From: Felis catus
Lineage: Eukaryota
DNA length: 64,000 bases
Assembly (NCBI RefSeq): GCF_018350175.1
Contig: NC_058383.1
Span: 10,356,001-10,420,000 of the forward strand
Reading direction: 5' to 3'
Shown piece by piece: positions 48,060 to 58,859 of the stretch (its first letter is position 1; each line of letters opens with the position of its first letter). Below the pieces are notes generated by a model. The model was given only the letters and a program-made list of their open reading frames with translations, was not told the origin of the DNA and did not search any database. The translations under genes and the position numbers were made by a program.

Positions 48060-48584
48060 TAGACGTTTCTTAACAAACAGGCATGTCTCTGGTTGAAGAG
48101 GTGATCCGAGATGCGGGGTGTGGCCAGAACCGCGTGTCCCGGCTGCCTCTGGGCTCATGCGTTTGTAAACTGGGACTCTTGCCTTGCGCGGTGATGGTGG
48201 CCTGGTGGTGGGGAGGTCGGGGCCGACTGGCTCGGTGCCCACGCAGCCAACACCTAAGACTCTGTGGGCAGATCATGGTCGGAGCCACCTGATGCACGTG
48301 CTCTGGAGCCAAGGAGATTTGTCCTCACATATGACTCAAGGAAATGGGAGGTCCCGAGGTAGGGGAAGAGCCTGAAGTGGGGGTCAGCGCTCTGGCTGTG
48401 CCATGGGCTCAGCGTGGCTTCCGTAAGTCACTGATTCCCTCTCCCACAGGTCAAATGACAAGAGCGACCCTCCCTTTCCCCGCGGAGAGCTCGACAGGGT
48501 GCACAGTATGTGCACAGCCTCTGCTCCTTTAAGGCAGCGCGGCCCAGCGGGGCGCCCTGTCTGCTGTCCCGGGTGCATTTCCGG

Positions 48585-48740
48585 CTCCCTCTCTCACCGG
48601 CTCTGAGCCCTTGGGGAAGCCACTCACTGCTTCTGCCAAACCTCCATCGCCTCACCTATGAACAGGGAATAAACAACAGACTCTACCTCCCAGGACCGCA
48701 ATGAGGACTCACTGAGAACATCCACGGACAGCACTTACTT
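48585..48740 (+). mobile_element. MIR fragment
   Basis: CCTTGGGGAAGCCACTCA..CCTCACCTATGAACAGGGAATAA..CTACCTCCCAGGACCGCAATGAGGACT..ACAGCACTTA. Confidence 0.7.
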
Positions 48741-49599
48741 CGAATTCTTACCTGTGCACGAGGCACAGGGGGGCAGTGTCGCCCCCCTCCATTACAGAGG
48801 GGGACGCAGAGCTGGTGGGGGTAGAATCAGCGGGGAGAACTGCTTGGGGTCACGTGCCCAGGCTGCGAGGGGTACATGGGGACACCGAGGCCCACTTCCT
48901 GCCCTGAAGCGCATGGCCTGAGCCAAAGAGGGGAGAAGATTGGGCCCCTGGCCATCAGGCTGGGCTGAGAGGGAATGTACAGGCCCAAACCTGGCTGTGG
49001 GACTCAGTAAAAAGTACTTGGGCTGCTTTGGGGCAAGGATCCCGGGACTGGGCGAGTGCTGGGGCCCCAGGAGGGCTCGGAACACCAGAGAAGAGGAAGA
49101 GGGCATCCCAATTATGGGAATCTGAGCAAGCAGTGTTGGAGACCGAAGGGGAGTGGCCTGTGTGGGGTCAAAGAAGCTGGATGCCCGGCCACTGGGTACA
49201 AAGGACAACTGAAGCCAGAGAAAGGCCAGGTAAGGGTGGAACCACAGCCAGAACTGGGCTCCCCTCCCTCCTGCCACCTCGGGCTGGTGATGTCTTTCTG
49301 ACCCTCAGCAAAACCTTCTAATGTCATGAAGACTGGTGGTCAAGGGGTGGTCAAGGGGAGTCTGGACATTCCCCCCCCTCCTGTGCTCTTTGTGCTGGTC
49401 CCAGAGGCCCGGGACCCCTGTCCAGAGGAGGCCTCTAGGAGGCAATAATCAAGACAGTGACGACAACATTAGGATCTCTGGCAGGAGATCTAGACCCTTC
49501 CTCCTGTGCCGCAGTCACGCTCAGGGGTCTCTGCCTGCTTTGTCTTCGTCTACAGCTGCCCTTCTTCAGTGAGTCCCCACCAGAGACCAGGCACGATGC

Positions 49600-49712
49600 C
49601 AAGTTCATCTCTTCATCTCAGAGTGGAGAGACGGGCTCAGAGAAGTTCAGTCAGTTGCCCAAGGTACTGAGCCAGAGCAGGGCTGGGGCTAGATGCCAAG
49701 CCTGTCTGATGC
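49600..49712 (-). mobile_element. MIR fragment
   Basis: GAGAGACGGGCTCAGAGAAGTTCAGTCAGTTGCCCAAGGT..GGGCTAGATGCCAAGCCTGTCTGA. Confidence 0.65.
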
Positions 49713-50887
49713 CCCCTCGTGAGACACACACGAAAGCCCCCCGTCTCCATCCACTTGACTGGGCCCGTGGGGAAAAGTGATGAGCTGGATGGTGGTCCGG
49801 GGAGGAGTAGAAAGCCAGCTGCCTGCGGGCCAGGGCTCCCTGCCACCCACAGTCCAGCCTGCTCCCTGCCAGGGCCTGCTGCCTGTTGCTCCGTGGGCGG
49901 CTGGAACGCCCAAGCTCCTGGGGCCACCACCCTCTTTCCCCATGGCCCTGGCACAGATTCTCACACCAGTAGGCCTCAGTGCCCGTCCAAAGCAGGCCCA
50001 GGCCCTGCAGCCCGCCATGACAGCCGCGGGGTCTGAGTAGGTGCCTGGGTTCTGCCTGTGGGCACACAGCCTCACTGAACGGGAGGCATCAGGCCTCCGA
50101 GCCCGCCTCTGGCCAAGCCTGTCATCTGAGTTTAGCTCCAGGCTGCCTGGGTGAAGGATTCCCTCACTGCCCACCACCCACCTGGAGGAAAGCTATCTGA
50201 GGTGAGGGGGGGAGCTGGGGCCCAGGTACAAGGAGGAAAGTTGAGGCCTACGCACCCAACCACCTTCCCCTCCAGCACGCTCCCTCTTCCTCTGGGTGTC
50301 TTCTCTCAGCGAGCCAACCTGCCGGCCCCTCCCTCCCCGCCAATGCCCTGGCAGCCCTGTAATGGCGGCCACATGGCCGTTGTGCCAGCACGAACCTCCC
50401 CGTCCCTTACTGGAACCCTTCACCATCCTCTGTCCCCAGGCCCACCCTGCCTGTCCAGCCTCATCGACCATCACTGTGGGCTTACAATAGTGACAAGCTG
50501 GGGGTGTCGCCCTGAGCCTTACATCTTCCCTGGCTCCTTGTTGACTGCAGAGAAAGTTCCAGCTCCTTAGTCAGCCGTCAAGGCCCCTGGCTTCCATGCG
50601 CCCTGGGTCCCAGTCTCCCTGTGTGAAACATGTGTGGCCCCTGGAAAGTCTGGGCTGTCTGGCAATATCTCCTCAGCCCTAGGCCTGGAAAATCCTTCCC
50701 CAAAGATTTGGCTGAATGCCCCCCCCCACCCCATGAAGCATGCTGCTGACTCCCCTCTCTGGCCTGAGGGGTGGACTGCTCCCCCCCGGCTGCCCCTCCC
50801 TCCCGGTGACCCCATATGGCTTGTTGACTATTATGCTCAGGGGCACTGATTTGGGTTCTAGGCTGTCCTCACGAAAATCAGGAATCA

Positions 50888-51107
50888 GGGGTGCCTGGGT
50901 GGCTCAGTCGGTTAAGCGTCCGACTTCGGCTCAGCTCACGATCTCACGGTTGATGGGTTCGAGCCCCACATCAGGCTCTGTGTTGACAGCTCAGAGCCTG
51001 GAGCCTGCTTCGGATTCTGTGCCTCCCTCGCTCTCGGCCCCTCCCCCACTTGCTCGTGCTCTCTCTCTTTCTCAAAAATAAATAAACATAATTTTTTTTT
51101 TTTTTTA
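50888..51107 (+). mobile_element. Feline SINEC with a T-run tail
   Basis: SINEC body; tail AATAAATAAACATAA(T)15; TSD TCAGGAATCA (50878-50887/51109-51118). Confidence 0.95.
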
Positions 51108-53319
51108 GTCAGGAATCAACCCTGTTTCCTTCTCTCTGTGGTCCCAGTGGCCTGTGTGGGATCTGGCCCGGAGAGGAGACACAAGGAATACATTCCTTCA
51201 TTCATTCCTGCATTTGGTACTGTTGGGGTGTTCTTTGAAGACTGGACTATGTATTCAAGCAGGACGGCCGTGTGCAGCCACAGGGTCTGGGGCCAGTTGA
51301 TGGGACCCAAGAGAGGCACAAGTTATCGGTGTCTGATAGGGGAGACCCGACCCCCTCCAAGGAGGTTTTGAGGCAGCCTGGTACGTGGGAGGGCTTGGAT
51401 TTGAATTTAAGCTCTCCCACCCCCTGGCTGTGCATTTGGGGCAAACCACTCACCCTATCTGAGCCTACAAGGGCATTTCCCCCCGGGGTGCTGCTAAAGC
51501 GCATGGTGGGCGCTTGGCAGATAGTGACTCTCCACCCCTGCGTTCTCTAGGGAGCTTCTGGTTCAAGGTGGGCCACTGGGGACCTATACTCCAAGAACTA
51601 AGGACTTGGGACCCCTCTGCCCACAGAAGTCGGCCTGATGTGGCCGGGTGGGCCTGTGAGGGCAGCAGAGTGGTCCTAGATGTCTCTGCCCTGGGACAAG
51701 GGGCTGCCTGGGTTAGGGGAATAGGGGTGCCCGCCTCCCTTCCTACCCACAGGCCACCCGGTGCCCCTGCCCCCTGCGCTCCTCGGCAGGCCGTCGGGGC
51801 CAGTATTGGATGTGCCCAGCTTTGGCCCTACAGCCGCTAGCAGGGCCAACGCTGTCATCGGGCCTGGCCCTGTGTCTGGCGTCTGGCGTCGCCTGGGCCC
51901 GGGCTGCCTGAAGGTGGATGCAGGCTTGTACCCGGTGCTGACAGGCCCTCCCCGGAACTGAAGGTGTCCTGGGGGCAGGCCCACACCCAGTGACCTTCCC
52001 AGTTGAATGCAGACTTGTCAGAGAAGGGCCACATCCTCCCACAGGTCACAGCTCTCAGGGCAGGGTGACAGCTCCCTGCTCTGATTAGGGCTTCTCAGAG
52101 GAGGCCCCGGGCCCCCCTCAGACTAGACTTTTGAGCCAAGGCTGTGCCTTCCCCCCTCAAACCCTTTGCAGAGTATGACTGTGTCTCCCCTTTTAGACTA
52201 ACTTACTTCTCAGGGCAGGTCCAAGTCTCTTCCTTCATATCAGCTTCCTGGGGCAGGGCCATAACTCCTGCTCAGACTAGGGAAGGGGGTGAGTTGCCAG
52301 AACATTCCAGGAGCACCTGGTGGCGGGTGGAACATGGCGAAATTCAAGGCCCTGCAAAAGGTCGCCTGGGTGGGTGTCCAGTGGTAGAGGACAGAAGGTA
52401 ATGGGTGACGAGTGACAGGCCAGGTGGGCCCTCTGGCACCCTAAGAATGGGCTTTTGTCCTGAAGACTGTGCGGAGCCAATGAGGGGAACAAAGTCGTTC
52501 TCGCAGAACCTCCTGGCCGCCACGTCAGCCACGGGGAACGGAAGGCCGAGCTGCCCGGGGGTAGGGGGCAGACGGGAGGGAACAGGAAGGGCCACCTGGG
52601 GAGGAGGAATTGATGGGCCCGGTAGTGGAGAAGGGTGAGCGGGTCAGGCCCAGCACCCTGGCTTCTGGCTGGGACAGGAGGGGTGAGGTCCACAGCAGGG
52701 GAGCAGTGCAGTGGGCCTTTGGGGCCCGAGCCTACAAGGAGCCTGGGGGCCGTGCAGGTGGATGTTTCCAGAATGCAGCCCCCGGAGGGGGTTTTCAGCA
52801 GGTGGAGCGGGTGCATGAGGTTGCCTGGGGGCGAGGGAGAGACTCCAAGGAGGGGTTCCGGGGGGGTGCACAAAGAGGAGGCAGGGTAGAGGCCGGGAAG
52901 ACAAAGCCCTCACTGCTCTGTCTCCGCTTCCTCTTCTAGAAAAGGGGAGGGTCCCATGCTTCGGGGCCATGTCCCTGGCTGGGGGTGCCCAGAGCAGCTG
53001 AGGCTTTGCAGGCTGGGGGAGAGGAGCGGGGTGGAGGGGGGACTCCCCGCCCCCGCCCTCCAGCCCTTCAACCCAACACTGAGCCCTCACACTCCTTTGG
53101 AATTTTCCAGGTGGAAATTCACCTCAAAGTCCCTCTCTGGCTCCACATACTCAACGCATCCTGTCTCTGGTCCCAGCACCCCTGACCCCCAGCGGTTTCT
53201 AGGGGCTCCAGGGCTGAGTCCCCCTGGAGCGCCGGGCCCTCCTCCCAGGGGGAGGCCGCCAAGGAGGGAGAGAGGCCCTCTGGTGACCCCCGTGCACCTC
53301 TCCCCGCTCTCCACCAGTT

Positions 53320-53780
53320 CCAGACACATTGCGATTTATCTGTTGTTTATTGTGCGGAGGCCAGGCTTCCCAGCCAAATCGGAGCTGGACCGGCCAGCCG
53401 CGGCCCGAGACGGCTGTCCCGGCCAAGCCCGGAGCAGCCCCCCGCCCACCGTCCGTCCCCTCGGCCGCCCCCGAGCCAAGCGGGCCCTGAGCTCTGGCGG
53501 GCTGGACACTCTTTATGGAGCCCCAGGGCCCGTCTCCCCCATCGTCTGCCCGTGTTTACAGCCTTGCTCGTGTTTGCCTCATGATCTTATTCCGGGTGAC
53601 GCCCCAGTCTGGACGGGGTTTGCATGCCATCCTGCTGAGGCCTCGCTCGTCGCCCGGGCCCTGGGCCCCTGGGCCCCCGGGCTTCTCATCCATCATTTCA
53701 TTGAGCCTCACCCGCCCGGAGCAGTGGTGGGAGAGCTTATCACCCACGGGCGTGAGCGAGGGCTCGGCCGGTGGGTGCCG
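53320..53780. promoter_or_regulatory. CpG-island-like candidate enhancer/promoter
   Basis: CpG-dense unique DNA with Forkhead TGTTTAT 53344-53350, TGTTTAC 53553-53559 and TGTTTGC 53571-53577; GATA TTATCT 53336-53341; HOX/CDX TTTATGG 53512-53518. Confidence 0.5.
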
Positions 53781-53849
53781 GGTGGGAACCCTCTCTTTCT
53801 GCCACATGCTGGGGGGCGGGGGGCAGGGCGTGCCCTGGGTGCTCACAGA

Positions 53850-53970
53850 TGCGCACGCGTGTGTGTGTTGGGGTTTGCGTTCATGGATGTGCATGTGTGT
53901 GTGCATGTGCGTGGGGGGGGGGTGGGGAGGCTTGCACGTGAGGGTGTGAGCACACACACACACACACACC
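53850..53970. repeat. Interrupted (GT)n / G-run / (CA)n simple repeat
   Basis: GCGCACGCGTGTGTGTG..GTGCATGTGTGTGTGCATGTGCG..GGGGGGGGGG..(CA)n. Confidence 0.85.
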
Positions 53971-54479
53971 ACCCAGAGCCTGCCATCTGTAGCTCTGTCT
54001 CTGATAGAGACAGCCCGCAGACCTCCAGGCCAGGCTTCCAGGATGGCTCTCTCCTTTACAGGTGTGTGTGACCTTGGCCTCATTCGCCTCTCACTTTCCT
54101 TTGGATAGAAGGGGGGCTGTATCGATTCCAGCCTCACAGCACGCCTTTGGGCATCTAGAAGGGCTGCGCTCAGCCCTCACTGCAGACCCGGGGCCTGTCT
54201 CTCTGTGCGTCCCTCTGTCCCTCCCCTCCCTGAGCTACAGTTGTTGACCTCTGAGGCTCTGCCCGGAAAAATGCACCTGTAAGCATACAGGTAAAATTTA
54301 GCAAGTCCTCTGATGTCCCTCCACGAATCTTCTGGTGAAAGACCTCCTGTGGGGCTGGACAGGAAAATCCTCAGAGGCCTAGAGTTTTTCACAGCAAAAT
54401 ACGATGGTGATGGCAGTCACCTTGATGTCCCTAGAGACAATTAAGGGACCCAAAGCTGCTACTCAGGCCTGTCTCTTCC

Positions 54480-54539
54480 TTTTTTTTTTTTTTTGTGAAG
54501 TTTATTTATTTTGAGAGAGAGAGAATGAGAGTGGGGGAG

Positions 54540-54575
<36 letters not shown>

Positions 54576-54716
54576 GGAGAGAGAGAATCCCAAGCAGGCT
54601 CCGGTGCCCCATCAGCATAGAGCCCGACACGGGGCTTGAACCCACGGACTGCAAGATCATGACCTAAGCCGAAATCAAGAGTCAGACGCGTAACCCACTG
54701 AGCCCCCAGGCACCCC
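54480..54716 (-). mobile_element. Carnivore SINEC
   Basis: SINEC body with a long GA tract. Confidence 0.93.
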
Positions 54717-56029
54717 TCGGCCCCTCTCTTCTCTCCACCCAGAAGCAAAATACTGGGGCAGTTCTCAGACACCCTGGTATGACAGTATGACAGGTTACCT
54801 GAGGTCACACCTTCACCCTAGATTGTTTGATGACCAAAGTTGGTGCCTCCACCTCGGGAAATTCGGGAGCTGGAGTACTCATGCAGCTGAGCGGCCCTGG
54901 GCTGAGGTTTCCCCACCAGGCCCCCAATAGGCTGTAGATCCCCAGGCCAGGCAGGGGGGGTGGAGGGGAGGACACCACCGGTGGCAGAGCCGGGTGGTGT
55001 GCAAGGTGGCGGGGGCTTTGTTGATCTTGCTCGTCCTTTATGATGCGCTGACAGCCCGCCCTAACACTTCCCAAACACACTCCCTTCCATCAGGACTGGA
55101 GTTCCAGAAGCAAACAGTGGCAATCAGACGACTGCTGCCTGAGACTCCAGACGGCAGGCCCGGAGGGTTTGTAAGCTCCTCGAAGACACCAGGTCCCCGG
55201 CCACCTGCCTAGGATTCCTGCCCCCAGAGCTGCGGCCTCTGAGCCCCTGGGGCCCCTGCAGCTTCCCCCGGCACTGGGCCCAGGGCTCTGGAGACTGGGG
55301 ACCAGCCCGGGGCCCTCTGGGGCTGGCCGAGGTGCTGGTGGGTGGGGTGGTTGTGACTGAGGCAGGGTGGCTCAGGGATGCCCTGGGGAGGGAGAAGGGT
55401 CAGCCCAAGGCCGTGCAGCTCCCAAAGAGGCAGCCACCTCCCAGGCTCTCTGACTCTGGTCAACCCATCTCCACTAACCTGGGTGGACAGGGGCTCCCGT
55501 CAGGACCCGCAGAGGCTGAGGTGACCAGGCCCAGACAATCTCTGTTCCTCCCACGTCTCAAGGCTGCCTTGGAACCCGAGAAGCCTCCACCTGTTCCACA
55601 CCAGCCAAGGGCATCTGAGAAACGGATGCATCATCTTTCCTGGACCGTGCTGGAAGGTAAGAAGCTGCCCACAAGGCAGCTGATCCCCGAGAGACAGGCT
55701 GGAGGGAGGGATGGTTCCGAACAGCCAAGCTCCTCGGTCCTCCCTATGGCAAAGTCTCGCACTCAGGAGAAGCCCGAGGGTGCACACACGCGTACGCGTG
55801 CACGTTCGAAGCCTCACGGACGGTCCAGAGTCTAGAGCAAGAATGAGATGTGCTCCATGACCCCAAGGCAGGCCATGCAGCTACATGGGAGCCCACAATC
55901 CCAGCCAAGGACGGGCTTGCAGCCCCCCCTCCCCATACACACGCAGAGGCCAATATCTCTCTCTGATTGTCTGCCTTTCGGAGAACAGAGGACTGAGTGG
56001 GGACTGGGAGGCCTTGGGAGAGCCCACAA

Positions 56030-56360
56030 AAGCGCCGATAAATGCATTTATGTTCCTCCAAATGACACTGTAACAAAGCACACAAAAGGAAGAGGCAGAG
56101 TTTCGCGCATATTAAATCATGGTCATGGGACCTGTGCAATTAATTCTCATTTATCATCTGCCCTGTGCGCTAGAAACTTCCGCGTCTCGGGCCAGCGCCC
56201 ACCCCAACCCCCACAACTCCGTGTCCACCAGACGCTCATAAATCTGTTTTGCTTGTTCCACACGAGCTGCCTGGGAAAAGGCCCCATTTGCTGCGTCTGC
56301 TCCTCTGTCCAAACTTTCAACGCCTTCGACATTTTATGGTTTCGCGTTATTGACTTGGCC
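56030..56360. promoter_or_regulatory. Candidate developmental enhancer / conserved non-coding element
   Basis: AT-richer unique island with retained CpGs; ATAAATGCATTTAT palindrome, SOX AACAAAG/CACAAAG, PBX-HOX-like TTAAATCA and CATAAATCT, AATTAATT, TTTTATGG. Confidence 0.5.
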
Positions 56361-56829
56361 TCCCGGGTCCCCTGTGGTAGGCGGCTGTTTGAGAGAGCAA
56401 GCGAGAGGCTCGGGGTGACCTCAGGTTCACCCCCTTGCCTGGCCGGAGCTGGCAGGACCGTGCAAAAGCCTTGAAGTTGCCTGGGGCCCGGAGCTCCTGA
56501 ATCACAGATCCTCCCCAGGGTTTCCCCCCTGTGCCCCGACTCAGGCCCCGAAACCCACCCCGAACTGAGGTCCTGGGCCCGTTCTTCCTCAACCTCCACA
56601 ACCTGCGTTGCCCAAACCTCCGCTTTTGCAGCCCTCTCCAGCCCCAGCTCCTCCTTTTCCCAAAGGCCTCCTCCCCGCCCCCAAGGGAGCACACATGAGG
56701 TCAGTGTGCCTAGGAGCAAAATGCCCAGGTGGAGGGGACGGTGTGCAGGCATAATGCCTGGGGCGTTCACGCCACAACAGACCAGGCCTCCTTCGTGCCA
56801 CTGAGGACACAGATAAAGACGAGACTGAT

Positions 56830-57041
56830 TTTCAATTTCTTTTTTAGTTTATTTAGAGAGAGAGAGAGAGCACAAGCAGGGTGGTGGGGGAAGGCAGAGA
56901 GAGGAGAGAGAGAGAATCCCAAGGAGGCTCTGCACCGAGAGCATGGAGCCCGACACGGGGCTCGATCCCACGAACCCTGAGATCATGACCTGAGCTGAAG
57001 TCGAATTGAATGCTTAGCCGACTGTGCCACCCAAACGCCCC
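56830..57041 (-). mobile_element. Carnivore SINEC
   Basis: SINEC body with GA tract. Confidence 0.92.
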
Positions 57042-57099
57042 AAGGCCGGGTTGACTTTCAGCCAGTGTGTCCTGGAGAGGTTGTTAAATACTTTGACTC

Positions 57100-57615
57100 A
57101 TGTCTTGAATGAGGGAAACCTGTCCTTGCCCTGAAGGAGCTGGATGAGAGACAAACAAGCAGATAACTAGATAATTATGATTCCAGCGACCAGCAGTGTA
57201 TCAGCACAATTTGGGGGCTCAGAGGCATCACTTGAACCCTGTCCAAGGCTCCTGGGGGAGGAGGCAATGTCTAAATTAATCTGGGAAGGACCCACAAGAA
57301 ACGCCAGAGGTTTATGGTGATAGGGAAGATGGAGTTGTGGGGGGAGTGTGCATCCAGGCAGAAAGAACAGCATGTGCCAAACCCAGGGTCGAGGGAGGAA
57401 CATTCGATGTCTGAGAAGTAGCTTTTGGTGGTCACGGAACAAGGAGATAAAGACTGGAGAGGTCAGCTAAGGCCAGCTGTGAGCCGAGGCACCTACACAG
57501 CTGCAGCTGGTTGGTTTGCCTTGTGGGAGACCATTTAAGCAGGGGAGTGACATGGTAAGATTTGAATGTTGGCCAAACCACCCTACAGTGTGGATTAGAG
57601 GAGGAGTAAGACCGG
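57100..57615 (-). mobile_element. L2 fragment
   Basis: CCTTGCCCTGAAGGAGCT..CATCCAGGCAGAAAGAACAGCATGTGCCAAA..TTTAAGCAGGGGAGTGACATGGTAAGATTTG. Confidence 0.8.
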
Positions 57616-57619
57616 TAGA

Positions 57620-58124
57620 AGTCCCCTACCTCACACCATACACAAAAATAAATTCAAAATGGATCACAGACCTGTCATTGCTAAACTATGGAACTCTGGA
57701 AGAAAACCTAGGGGGAAAAAGTCCTAGTTACCACTTGAGTTTGGCAAAGATTTCTGAAATACAATATTAAAAAGCGCAAATAATAAAAGAAAAAATCAAT
57801 AAACTAGAAGTTGTTAAAATACAAAACTTTAGCTCCTCAAAGACACTGTTGAGAAAATGATGAAGGAAAGGCACAGACTGGAATTCTTGTAAAATAGAGC
57901 CAACAGAGGGCTTGTATCTGGAATATATGAAGAGATTTTACAACTCAGTATGAAGACAAACAACCCAGTTTAAAAATTGGAACTCTCATTCATGGCTGGT
58001 GGGAGTATAAACATGAAACAACTTTGGGAAATAGTGCGGCAGTTCCTTAACAAGCTAAACATACTCCCACCACAGGACCCAGCCATTCTACTCCCAGGTA
58101 CTTCCCAAGAGAAATGAAAGCATC

Positions 58125-58166
<42 letters not shown>

Positions 58167-58650
58167 ATATATGAATATTCATAGCAGCTTTAATTGTAAG
58201 AGTCCCAAACTGAAAATAATCCAAATGTCCATTAATGGGTAAATGGATAAACAAATAGAGGTATAATCATATTCCTCTGATGGAATGAAAGGAATGAACT
58301 ACTGATACCTGCTACAATATGGATATATCTCAAAATAATCATTCTGAATGAAAGAAGCCAGACCAAAAAAAAAAAAAAAGTATATAAAATTCTAGAAAAT
58401 TCAAGCAAATCTATAGCGAGTTGTCTGGGGACTTGGTGGGAGGTTAGCAGTGGGAGATTACTATGGGACAGGAGGAAACTGTTGGGCGTGATGAATGTGT
58501 TCGTTATCTTAAATGTGATGCTGATCCCATCAGATCGTACACCCACATCCATGGGTGTATATAAGTCAACACATAACAAACTGTGCCTGTTAATGTACAT
58601 GCTGTTAATATATGTCCATCGAACCTTAATAAAGCTGTAAAAAATAAATG
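57620..58650 (+). mobile_element. Old L1 (L1ME-like) ORF2 C-terminus / 3' UTR; contains (CA)n at 58128-58164
   Basis: CCCCTACCTCACACCATACACAAAAATAAATTCAAAATGGATCACAGACCT..CCCAGCCATTCTACTCCCAGGTA..AATAAAGCTGTAAAAAATAAA. Confidence 0.87.
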
Positions 58651-58859
58651 TACAAATTACACCAAGTGACCAGGGAGGCAAGGGCGATGTTCAGGACCAT
58701 GTCAGGGAGATTAAATACATGATTGTTGATTCACTCACTCACTCCCATTCCCACTCATCTTTTACTAAACTGTAAGTCCTATAAAGGCAGGAAGTCTGCT
58801 CTGCTCACCCCCATGCCCCTAACATTCAGCTTGTAGTAGGCACAAGGGTGGAAAAAGGT

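Noticed and set aside
1264..48096. Recurring ORFs of the type MAQSVKRPTSAQVMISRSVSSSPASGSVLTAQSLEPASDSVSPSLS
   Set aside because: These are translations of SINEC copies, not a gene family.
15715..49240. Isolated consensus splice donors (CAG|GTGAGT ~15723, CAG|GTGAGT ~43641, CAG|GTAAGG ~49227)
   Set aside because: No matching acceptors with recognisable coding frames; one lies inside an L1 fragment; such matches are expected by chance in 64 kb.
52956..54071. Longest ORF in the window (371 aa, + strand)
   Set aside because: Pro/Gly/Arg-rich translation of GC-rich DNA that runs through simple repeats (VHVCVHV, THTHTH); no recognisable domain. Long open frames are expected at this GC content.
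55848..56770. ORFs of 208 aa (+) and 207 aa (-) across the 56 kb element
   Set aside because: No recognisable domain or codon pattern; the sequence is better explained as non-coding regulatory DNA.
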